64,000 bases of DNA, taken from Macrostomum lignano. Taxonomy: Eukaryota. Under the pieces are notes generated by a model. The model searched no databases. It saw only the letters and a list, made by a program, of their open reading frames with translations, and was not told the DNA's origin. Shown here in pieces: positions 1 to 18,800 of this stretch; position 1 is the stretch's first letter; each line of letters opens with the position of its first letter. Both the position numbers and the translations under genes were made by a program. The stretch covers positions 1 through 64,000 of the forward strand of contig NIVC01003682.1 of assembly GCA_002269645.1 (NCBI GenBank), in the 5' to 3' direction.

Positions 1-85
1 TTATATCTAGCTTCGTTAATGCCTACCATAGGCCTATTCCAAAGAGTGCACGGAGCAGGCAGTATGGCTTCCCGTGAATAAAATC

Positions 86-7587
<7,502 letters not shown>

Positions 7588-8677
7588 CTTTCCGCGTTCA
7601 TAGTATACAGATTTTAAAAAATTAATCTTACCGAAAGCCGTCTGAAGACAGCGCCGAGGCATTTTGAATTCAAAATCTTCTTCGATTACTCGTAGCGCTC
7701 AATTTAATCGCAATCTCAGCTAAAGCAAGGTGAAAATATGCCGAAGCAGTCTCTGGTCTATAAAGATAGTTTGAAAGAATGTTGATTGAATGTTCTTGCT
7801 TTTTAAGAGCTGCGAGTTCTTTTATAACACTGGGCGGGCCCTCCTCGGTCTTGTCGAAACTGGACGAGAATGAAGGACAAGTGGAGAGCGAATTGGTCAC
7901 AGAATCGTTGGCTGGATTAATACGAGCCAGCAGGCAGTGACATTAGAGACACCCACACACACAGGACCCCTAGTGCGCTCCACTTCTCTCCCTCTCTATC
8001 TCAGCAACAGTAGCATCTCATTGTGTCGGACTGGCTATAAGTCAGCAATGCTGGACTTGCTCTGTTTAAAAAATTGTGGCCTTGCGTTTTACAGATTCGG
8101 TTTTTTTAAGGAAGGCCAGACTGAGAGCAGATGGCAACTCCACCCTGTCTTTCGGGTAGTTTTCCAAACGACTAAATTCAGTTCTACGAAGAGAGAGAGA
8201 GACTCATGTTTTGATGGCGAGCACTTCCTACCGGTTTCGGCAGAATTGCAGCAATTGCACACTCGCTATACTAGGGAAGCAAGCTGAATGATGTCGCTGG
8301 CGCAATTTCATAATGCCGATTCTATAAAGAAAGCTTTTAAATAATGAGACCTCAAAAAATTATTTTTTTAAATTTCTTTTCGGTAGTTCAAAGATGCTTT
8401 TTAGGTAGATTGAGCTTGCATGTTCTCAGAAAAAATGGCAACCATTTTCGGAAATGACCGAGTCTGTTTCAGTGTAAAGTTGTAAACGTAAAATAAAATA
8501 ATTTCTTTGACTAGGAAGAGAATGCGCGTTCGGCATTTCTAATATTTTATTAGAACTTCACTTTAAGCAGCACTCGCAACTGATTGCTTAGTGCATGCCA
8601 GCCAGCCAGCTGACTAGGAAAATCAATTGGAATTTTTTAAAACAAAATCTCAAATGAAAATATTCTCGCGCAAACAA

Positions 8678-10359
8678 TCAGTAGTCTTCGTCATCGTCGT
8701 AGTATGCCGCCAAATCGTCATCGAAGTTGGACACGGCAAACGCGTCTTGCTCGGCTCGATCGTGAACCCCGCTTCGTCCGCCAGCTGGAGATCCTTTAGC
8801 TACGTAGTCTTCAACACGGGTTGGCACTGTTACACCGTCCGCCACTGCCTCTTGCTTGGTGACTTCGACTTGCCTTCTGAAATTGTGCGACCGCGGAGTA
8901 ACGGGAGAGTGACATCACACTGACAATCAGACCGGTGGAGTGGCATTACAGTAAAAATCTAGAGAAACAGAGGCTGGTATCTTAATGAACAATCTAAGAT
9001 ACTTGATGATGTATTCACCTGACAATGTCAAAGTACTCCGTATTGGCGCCATCCTTCCACTTGCGATACATGACAGACGCGTCCACATTGGCTGGCGAGC
9101 TGGTATTGGGTTCATTGAGCAGCGAAATTACGCTGAGCAGTACAGTGCGAACATTCTGAGTAGGATTCCATCGTTCGGACGGCAATTCGCCACTAACTGG
9201 GTCCTCGCCTGGTGGGTGCAAAATGGATATGCACACCTTGCCGTCCTAGGTTTGAAAAAAGGATTTAAGTAATTGAACACCGAAGACCTTGAAAGTTTAT
9301 TAATGGAAGCTGTAGACCATTACCTCATAGATGTTTGGATGCCACATTTTCGTAACGAATTTCATTGATGGAGGAGAGTATGGATAATCATTTGGAAACT
9401 TCAAGTCAGCCTAAAATTTTGCATTGTTGGTGTGTGTATGTTATTGAAAAAATGTTCATGTTATTTAAATGCATATGCAGATTCTGCAATGCTAAAAAGT
9501 AATATACAACAAAATTTTCATACTTGCTTTCTGAAGGATAATTTAAAGAAATTGAACCTATTCATTATTTTAAATTTTAAAGAAAATATTGCAAAAACAA
9601 ATTTTCTATCTATGGTATTAACTTTGTGTATATTTTATCGAAAAATAAAAAAGGCAATTGATTCGTTTGTGTTTCTATATTTGAACCTGCTCCTGCTCCT
9701 GCTCTGTTCTGCTCTGCTCTGATCCTGCTCTGTTTGGCAGCTAATAATTAATAAATATTTAATACAAAATCTTCAGTTACTGATCAGAAGTCTTTTGTGA
9801 ACTTTTTAAAACAAAAAACGATTCGTCTAGATTATTTTTAGATGCATAAAATAAAAAAGCAAGAATTTCTGCTTTACTGAGTAAATACTTTTTGGCAGAA
9901 TCGGAAACCGAATATGTATACATACACGATCACTTGCTCAGAAAAAAGTCACATAAAATGAAATACATAGAAAATAAATCCAATAATTTTTGCTCCAGGT
10001 AAAAATCTGAGCAAGTTTTGATTTAAGAAAGCATTTATAAGGAATTAGCAGATCCACGACTAAAACTATGGACTTAAGTATATTAAATATTTCGAGCCAT
10101 TTTTTGTTTCCTTATTGTAGTCTAACTTTTAGTTAAAGGATGAGCTAGTGAAGCAGAAATGATTCAAAAAGAATAATCTCACCTTTAGGTAGCCACCTTC
10201 GTATAGAGTGCCTGGAGGACCAAAGATTACAACATTCCAATCATAAATGTTATCGTCATTTTTTAGGTGTACTAAAAATCCTTCCACAGGGGAATCGTTA
10301 AGACTCTTAAATTCTTGCTGGAGCACTTTTATTGAAGTGCTCTTGGATAGGAGAGCCAT
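8678..10359 (-). CDS. CDC34: Ubiquitin-conjugating enzyme E2, CDC34/UBE2R family
   Basis: Exons 10359-10183, 9410-9324, 9245-9019 and 8876-8678 are all GT-AG and phase-compatible. Translation contains [28 protein letters not shown]|[28 protein letters not shown] (active-site Cys plus the CDC34 acidic loop insertion) and an acidic tail ending YYDDDEDY*. Confidence 0.96.
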
Positions 10360-11300
10360 ATTTTGCACTCTGTAAGTGTGGGAAAATAGTTATTTAGGTA
10401 AACACGATCAATTGTCTGTGCAAAATTTCGCACCGCAATCAACGAATTTAATTTAGTGCATTAAAGTTTTCACTGTACTCATTAAAACAATCAGTCAAAC
10501 ATGAACTCTTAAAAGAATATATTTTAAGAAATTTATTTTGCAATAAAATTATTTCTTGTTTTTTGTAAAACTTATTGGTATCTATTTTAAGAGCTTAAAA
10601 TTCCTTACTGACCCACGTGGCCTTGAGCAAGTACTAGGCCTGGCCTACCGCTATAGCGCAGGCACCTTATTACACAATTTTTTAACCGCAGCAATCTGAC
10701 AAGTTAAGTCTACTCTACTCTAGCTTATTTTAGCTGCGATCCATTTTTCGATAATCATGTAGCCTAGGTTAATTTATAATTTTTACTACTTTCAATATAC
10801 TAGAAAATGCTAATATTAAATTTAACAGTAGAAATGTCAAATTATAAGTATGACATGTATATGATTTCAGTCTATGCTTTTACTTAATTAAAAGAATAGG
10901 AATTAAGTTTTATTGTAATTTTTTATTTTCTAGGCCTCATACTATTGCTAAGAAACCAGTGGAATTTTGAAAGTCTTTTTATTTTTCATCTTTCAACTTT
11001 TGTGTAGGCCTAATAAATATTTTTGCCTACCTTAGACTAAGTAAAAAGACACTTTAGACCCTACTTTTAAAAATTGGTCAAATAGACCTGGTAAAAAAAG
11101 TTGTAAAACTTTTGTATCCTAAATCTAATGGCAATGCACTATTTATACCATGGCTTTATTGTTAATTATATATTAAAATATTTTTATTAGTTTTTTATAT
11201 ATAATAAAATAGTTGAGTTGATTGTTTTTTTCAAGCAGCATCCTTGTCAATGTCAGATAGCAGCTTAAGACAGGCTCATTAAGAAGATACTAGTATATTA

Positions 11301-12545
11301 TACGAGGGGAAGTAAAAAAGTAATGATATTTTTCAAAGGACAGAAAGTCATGTCAAGGCTTTTTTCTCTACAAAATCTCCATCCAGCTCTAGGCACTTTT
11401 CTATATGATAGTGCCATCACTCTAGCCCCAAGCCACTACTGAGCTTCTGTTTTCACCTCCTCCTTGCCTAAATATCATATTCCTTTTATTGTTTCCTTCA
11501 ACTTTGGAAATAGGAAGAAATCTAATAGAGCAAGATCAGGGCTATAGGGAGTTTTGGAGGGAATTTTCCAGCAAAATTCATGCAAAATGCCTTATCAAAG
11601 CTGTAAAGTATGTGCCAAGGCAGGCATTGTTGTGGTGGAAGAGGATGTGCCAGTGGAGCTTGCCAGGTCACTTGCAGCACATCTTTATAGAAGGCCCTAA
11701 TAATCATGCACTACAACTCTAAGAAGACTAGTAAGATAACTCCCTCTGCATCCCAGAAAATGGTTGCCATGACCTTGGCCACAGAGCGGTTGGCCTGCAA
11801 CTTATTTGGCCTAGTAGATCCTTGAAGCAGCCACACTTTTGACTAGATTTTAGACTTTGGATTGTACTAGTAGATCCAAGTCTTATCACCAGTTACCAAC
11901 CATTTGAAAAATTGTTAGCATCAATGTCAAGGCAGTTGAGCAAGTTTGCTATGCACTTGCTACATTGGGCCTTGTGCTCCAGGTACAATGCCAAAAAAAC
12001 CCAATGGGCACTTAGCTTGTTGAAGCCCAAATTGTCTATCAAGATCAAATGAACACTGCTATCTGAGATGCCCAGTTCCTCAATAATAGCCTCAATGGTC
12101 ACACGCCAGTCTTGCTCAACTTTTTGATGCACAGCAATAACTATCTCTTCTATGTGCATTGTGCTCAGTTGTCCACTGCAGTCAGCATCTTCAATGGCCT
12201 TCCGACAGACCTTAAACTCTTGGATCCACCAATAAACAATAGGATTCAGTGGGCAGCATCCCCAAAGACCTTCTGTAAAGCCTCAAGGATAGCAGCCAGC
12301 TTCTAATGCAACTGCATTAAAAACTTCACATTGGAATGCATTTCAAGTTTGAAATTTCCCATTGTTGAAAATGGGTACTGCATTTGTACTTCGCCTATGG
12401 TTGAACTATATATCCAAAAAGAGCAAAAAAGCATTACAATAAGAAACAAAAGATGCTTATTCAAGTGGAAAATGTCTGGGTTCAATATTTATTTCCTGCC
12501 TTGTGCAGGAGCAAAATTATCATTACTTTTTTACTTCCATCAATA
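11301..12545 (-). mobile_element. Decayed Tc1/mariner (mariner-like) DNA transposon
   Basis: The left end tacgaggggaagtaaaaaagtaatgata and the right end tatcattacttttttacttccatcaata form an imperfect TIR pair about 1.25 kb apart. Transposase remnants on minus include ...VTIEAIIEELGISDSSVHLILIDNLGFNKLSAHWV (HTH and WVP-like motif) with stops and frameshifts. Confidence 0.88.
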
Positions 12546-12883
12546 GATCAATATAGAACATGCTATAGTGACCTAGGTCCTTTGCTTTATTTCCTAAAAA
12601 TATCTTACTACTGCCACCAAATATAGAATGTTGCTACCCTTTCTTAGTGCACATCCATAATTAAAATTTTAATATTTGTACAGAAACTGCTCTTGAAATC
12701 CATCCCAAGAACCCTAATAATTATAAAATTGTTGATACACTCATACTTCAAATTAAAGTATGAATGATACAAATTTGAAACTTGAATTAAATGGCATCCA
12801 GCCTAAAAACCCATGTCAACTAAATTGCAGTTTGCTACTGTACTAGAATTTCATATTTGAAATTGTCTACCATACATTTACAG

Positions 12884-15800
12884 GCAAGCCATCAAACTGT
12901 GCCAGCGCCCCCACTGCCGCAGTGCCTGCCTGGACTTCAGTGTCCACTTGCACAGCTGAGCCCTCGGCAGAGACGCAAAATTAGTAGAAAATGGCATCAA
13001 GCTGCTTCAGCAGCCGGCTCCACAGTGCTAAGCGCCGAGCCCACAGCCTGCTTGTTAGTGGCCAATGCTGGCCTCCATAATGGCATCGGTGAGTCCAACC
13101 TAGTCAGTCTGGGCTTGCCAGGCCTAATCAGAGTTATCCAACCAGCTGGCCAGTCTCACTGCTTCCTGCTATTCCACGATGCCGCCTCAGCAGAAGAGGC
13201 TGCCGCTGGTTTGCAGTTACACCAACTGGCCGATTCCATGCCTGCGGGCTCAGTTCTGTATGTCTTCTTTGCTGATCCGGAGTTGGCAGTCAAACAGGTG
13301 CAATCTTCGGATCCTAATGAAGTGAGTGGGTCTAAGCGTTTATAGGCTCAATATATTCTTAAATCTAGTATTGATTTGGTATGATTCATTTGAAGTTGCT
13401 CGCAAAATTACAGGAATTCAGATCCTTGGCTTGGCCACCGCCAGCCTCCCAGATCCTTAGTTGCTGGGTCATCAACACCCTCTCAGATCCTTACTTGCGG
13501 TGCCACCGCCACCCTCCCAGATCACCAGTTGCTGGGCCACCGCCAGACTTTCAGATCCTTAGGCTGTGCCACCCTCCCAGATCTTTAGTTTGGCAGGTTT
13601 CTTAATTTCTATACCATAGCTATGAACATATCATGGTATCGTTAACATTGTCGTAATCTGTGCTTAAAGGTGGCTACAACAAATCTAGCCGACAGCAGCG
13701 CGCTGCCGCCCGGTCTCAGCCTCACCCTGGACGCCGTGTCGCTGGCCGAGGAGGCCGAACTCCTGGCCCTGGTCGATGCCGAGCTAGACAGCGGTGACCG
13801 CGACGTCGCCATTGCCGACGGCCGCCTACGCAATCGCCGCGTTGTGCACTGGGGCCACGAGTTTCTCTATGGTCGAAACCGGCTGGCTCCGCTGCCCGAC
13901 CGGCCGCTTCCCCCCGCCTGCGCGACCGTCGCCGATCGACTGACGCCGGCCTGGCTGCCCAGGCCCGACCAGCTGACTGCCAACGTCTACGAGCCAGGCG
14001 GCGGCATCGCTGCTCACGTGGACTCGCACGCCGCTTTCGGCGATTCAATTCTGTCTGTCAGTCTGGGCAGCGGCTGCGCTTTCAGATTGACCCGGCCCGG
14101 CCGGCCCACCATCTGTCTGGCGCTGCCGCCTCGATCCGCTCTGCTGCTGACTGGAGAAGCGCGCCTAGTCTGGCGCCACGAGATTCCGGCTCGCCAGGTT
14201 GACTTGGTTGCTTCTGCTAGCAGCAGCGGAGGCTGCGATTTAGTTAAGCGAGGTCGACGGGTGTCGCTAACCTTTAGGCAAGCTCGGCAATCCAAACAGC
14301 CGTGCAGATGCGGCTTCGGCGACGTCTGCGACGAAGATCGAGGCGTTGATGGTGCTTCTAGGTTAGCTAACTCGCCTCCACTGATATTTTTTGTGCCGAA
14401 GCCGAATTTGCGTGATCTTTACCCGAATGTTAGTAGCCTTATAATCCAATGCGTGATAATCTTCATCCTATGACTGATTATCTTCATCCTATGACTGATT
14501 ATCTTCATCCTATGACTGATTATCTTCATCCTATGGCTGATTATCTTCATCCTATGGCTGATTATCTTTATCTTATGGCTGATTATCGTCATCATATGGC
14601 TGATTATCTTCATCCTATGGCTGATTATCTTCATCCTATGACTGATTATCGTCATTATATGGCTGATTATCTTCATCCTATGACTGATTATCGTCATCAT
14701 ATGGCTGATTATCTTCATCCTATGGCTGATTATCTTCATCCTATGACTGATTATCGTCATTATATGGCTGATTATCTTCATCCTATGACTGATTATCGTC
14801 ATCATATGACTGATTATCTTCATATTCTGGCTGATTATCTTCATACTCTGGCTGATTATCTTCATCCTCTGGCTGATTATCTTCATCCTATGGCTGATTA
14901 TCTTCATCCTATGGCTGATTATCTTCATCCTCTGGCTGATTATCTTTATCTTATGGCTGATTATCTTCATCCTATGGCTGATTATCTTCATCCTCTGGCT
15001 GATTATCTTCATCCTCTGGCTGATTATCTTTATCTTATGGCTGATTATCTTCATCCTATGGCTGATTATCTTCATCATATGGCTGATTATCGTCATCATA
15101 TGGCTGATTATCTTCATCCTATGACTGATTATCGTCATCCTATGACTGATTATCTTCATCCTCTGGCTGATTATCTTTTATCTTATGGCTGATTATCTTC
15201 ATCCTCTGGCTGATTATCTTCATCCTATGACTGATTATCGTCATCATATGGCTGATTATCGTCATCATATGGCTGATTATCGTCATCATATGACTGATTA
15301 TCGTCATCATATGGCTGAATATCTTCATCCTATGACTGATTATCGTCATCCTATGACTGATTATCTTCATCATATGGCTGATTATCTTCATCCTATGACT
15401 GATTATCGTCATCATATGGCTGATTATCGTCATCATATGGCTGATTATCGTCATCATATGACTGATTATCGTCATCATATGGCTGATTATCTTCATCATA
15501 TGGCTGATTATCTTCATCATATGGCTGATTATCTTCATCATATGGCTGATTATCGTCATCATATGGCTGATTATCTTCATCCTATGGCTGATTATCTTCA
15601 TCATATGGCTGATTATCTTCATCATATGGCTGATTATCTTCATCATATGGCTGATTATCGTCATCATATGACTGATTATCGTCATCATATGGCTGATTAT
15701 CTTCATCCTATGACTGATTATCGTCATCCTATGACTGATTATTTTCATCATATGGCTGATTATCTTCATCCTATGACTGATTATCGTCATCATATGGCTG

Positions 15801-18800
15801 ATTATCGTCATCCTATGACTGATTATCGTCATCATATGACTGATTATCGTCATCATATGGCTGATTATCTTAATCCTATGACTGATTATCTTCATCATAT
15901 GACTGATTATCTTCATCATATGGCTGATTATCTTCATCATATGGCTGATTATCGTCATCATATGGCTGATTATCGTCATCATATGACTGATTATCTTCAT
16001 CATATGGCTGATTATCTTCATCATATGGCTGATTATCTTCATCATATGGCTGATTATCTTCATCATATGGCTGATTATCGTCATCATATGGCTGATTATC
16101 TTCATCCTATGGCTGATTATCTTCATCATATGGCTGATTATCTTCATCATATGGCTGATTATCTTCATCATATGGCTGATTATCGTCATCATATGGCTGA
16201 TTATCGTCATCATATGGCTGATTATCTTCATCCTATGACTGATTATCGTCATCCTATGACTGATTATCTTCATCATATGGCTGATTATCTTCATCCTATG
16301 ACTGATTATCGTCATCATATGGCTGATTATCGTCATCCTATGACTGATTATCGTCATCATATGACTGATTATCGTCATCATATGGCTGATTATCTTCATC
16401 ATATGGCTGATTATCTTCATCCTATGGCTGATTATCGTCATCATATGGCTGATTATCTTCATCATATGGCTGATTATCGTCATCATATGACTGATTATCG
16501 TCATCATATGGCTGATTATCTTCATCCTATGACTGATTATCGTCATCCTATGACTGATTATCGTCATCCTATGACTGATTATCTTCATCATATGACTGAT
16601 TATCTTCATCCTATGACTGATTATCTTCATCCTATGGCTGATTATCTTCATCCTATGACTGATTATCTTCATCCTATGACTGATTATCTTTATCCTATGA
16701 CTGATTATCTTCATCCTATGGCTGATTATCTTCATCATATGACTGATTATCTTCATCCTATGGCTGATTATCTTCATCCTATGGCTGATTATCGTCATCC
16801 TATGGCTGATTATCGTCATCCTATGACTGATTATCTTCATCATATGACTGATTATCTTCATCCTATGGCTGATTATCTTCATCCTATGGCTGATTATCTT
16901 CATCCTATGGCTGATTATCGTCATCCTATGACTGATTATCGTCATCCTATGGCTGATTATCGTCATCCTATGGCTGATTATCTTCATCCTATGGCTGATT
17001 ATCGTCATCCTATGGCTGATTATCTTCATCCTATGGCTGATTATCGTCATGCTATGGCTGATTATCTTCATCCTATGGCTGATTATCGTCATCCTATGAC
17101 TACTATGGACTGGCAGATCCGTTGATTTTGGAGGTGGGGTGGGTGTCAACCCTCCTCGCCTCTCATTGGCTGGCGCCCCGATCACTAGGTGATCGATACG
17201 CGTATCGATATCGGCGCTCGGCGCGCGCGCGCCGCAGGCGCGTGGCGCCAAGCGCCGCAGGCGCACCCTCCCGATATTAGATCCCAATAAATCAATCAGA
17301 TCCCAAATCAATCAGATCCCAAGCGCACCCTCCTGAGCCGCAGACGCCCATGCCGCAGGCGCCCCGAGTGTACACTCTCCCGAGCCAAAGGTACACTCTC
17401 CCCAGTACACTCTCCCCAGTACACTCTCCCGATATGTACACTCTCCCACTCTCCCGATATGGGTGTACACTCGCCCAATACAGGTGTACACTCTCCCGAT
17501 ATGTAGTCAACGATACGTACCCCGCAGGCACCCTATACCTCACGCCCTGCCCCCACCTAGCCTCTTCCCCTCTCTCACCCACATCTCAACTAGCGAAATC
17601 GAACCCAGGTCGCGCCCATACTAGGCCACTACACGGTTTGGGGTATAGGGAGCGAGAAGTTTTAACCCTGATGCTGACGCAGCCCTGTACAGTGAGCGTG
17701 TACGGGCAGAGAGGGGTGGGGCGGACAGAGAACCAGCCACTAGGTTGTTATACTGTTGAAGCATAGGGAGCGAGAAGTTTTAACCCCGATGCTGACGCAG
17801 CCCTGTACAGTGAGCGTGTACGGGCAGAGGGTGGGTGGAAAGAGATGTGAATAACACAGCCTGCTGCAGGAGCCGGATAGAGAGGCGCATGCTAGGACAG
17901 AGAGACAGTGTGAGTCACACACACACCCACAGAGAGAGCCGTACAGAGGATAGAGAGCTCCCTCCCCAGTTGCAGGGGACAGAGAGGCAGGCAGGGTATG
18001 CAGGGGCATGCGAACAGTCAAGGGGCCACGCGAGGATAGAATGGAGGAGCAGAGATGTGTATGGACAGAGAGCAGGCCACGCGTGCGTAGTGTGAGGGAA
18101 CAGAAACATATGGAGCAGGAGGGAGATAGGAAGCAAACGCGCAGGGTAAGGGAGCCACACAGGGCGGTACAGTGAGACACGGGCAGGGGTGGAGCCGTGC
18201 GTGGACAGAGCTGAACGGCATGGTCAGCTGCAGGAATAGGATGATAGAGAGGCGCGGATAGGAGGGACAGAGAGCAGTGTGCAGGGGTAGGCAGCCACGC
18301 TGGCAGGGAACAGAGGCGCGTGTAGCCAGTTGCAGCCCGGGACAGAGAAGTGTGAAGGGGGCCTGGGACAGAGTTCCGAGCAAGGCACAGAGAGGTAGGG
18401 TCCGGTAGCCATGTATAGACAGGGACCCACGCGAGGGCAGGACAGGGGAGTAGACATGCAAGTTGCATGCAAGGCCAGAGAGGTGTGCGCGGAGGGAGAC
18501 AGAGAGCAGTGTGTAGGGGTAGGTAACAGCAAACTTTAGTAGAGGTGCGTGCGGGGACGGAGAAACCAGTCTGAGCGTACAGAGACGTTACAGAGAGGTA
18601 CACAAACAGAGAACAAAGCGAGCAGAGCACATGTGTAGGCGCAGAGACGTGAGGGAGAATCGACCAAAACACGCTATGTATTATCAAAAGTTGGTTTTAG
18701 TGCAGCATATTTAATAGTGGGTAGTATAATAGTATGTACATAGTAGGTATAATGGTAGTAATAATAGTAAGTATATTAGTCCAAAAGGTAGGCTAAAACA

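Noticed and set aside
7670-8290. ORFs between the mucin gene and CDC34
   Set aside because: No recognisable motif and no phase-consistent link to either gene.
14454-17098. CRISPR-like array
   Set aside because: Contiguous tandem units with no unique spacers, no cas genes, and a eukaryotic context.
14419-17311. Long ORFs (646 aa, 723 aa, 246-247 aa) of MADYLHP or KIISHRM repeats
   Set aside because: A 21-bp unit lacking stops in those frames gives open frames on both strands; the region is inside a phase-compatible ALKBH8 intron.
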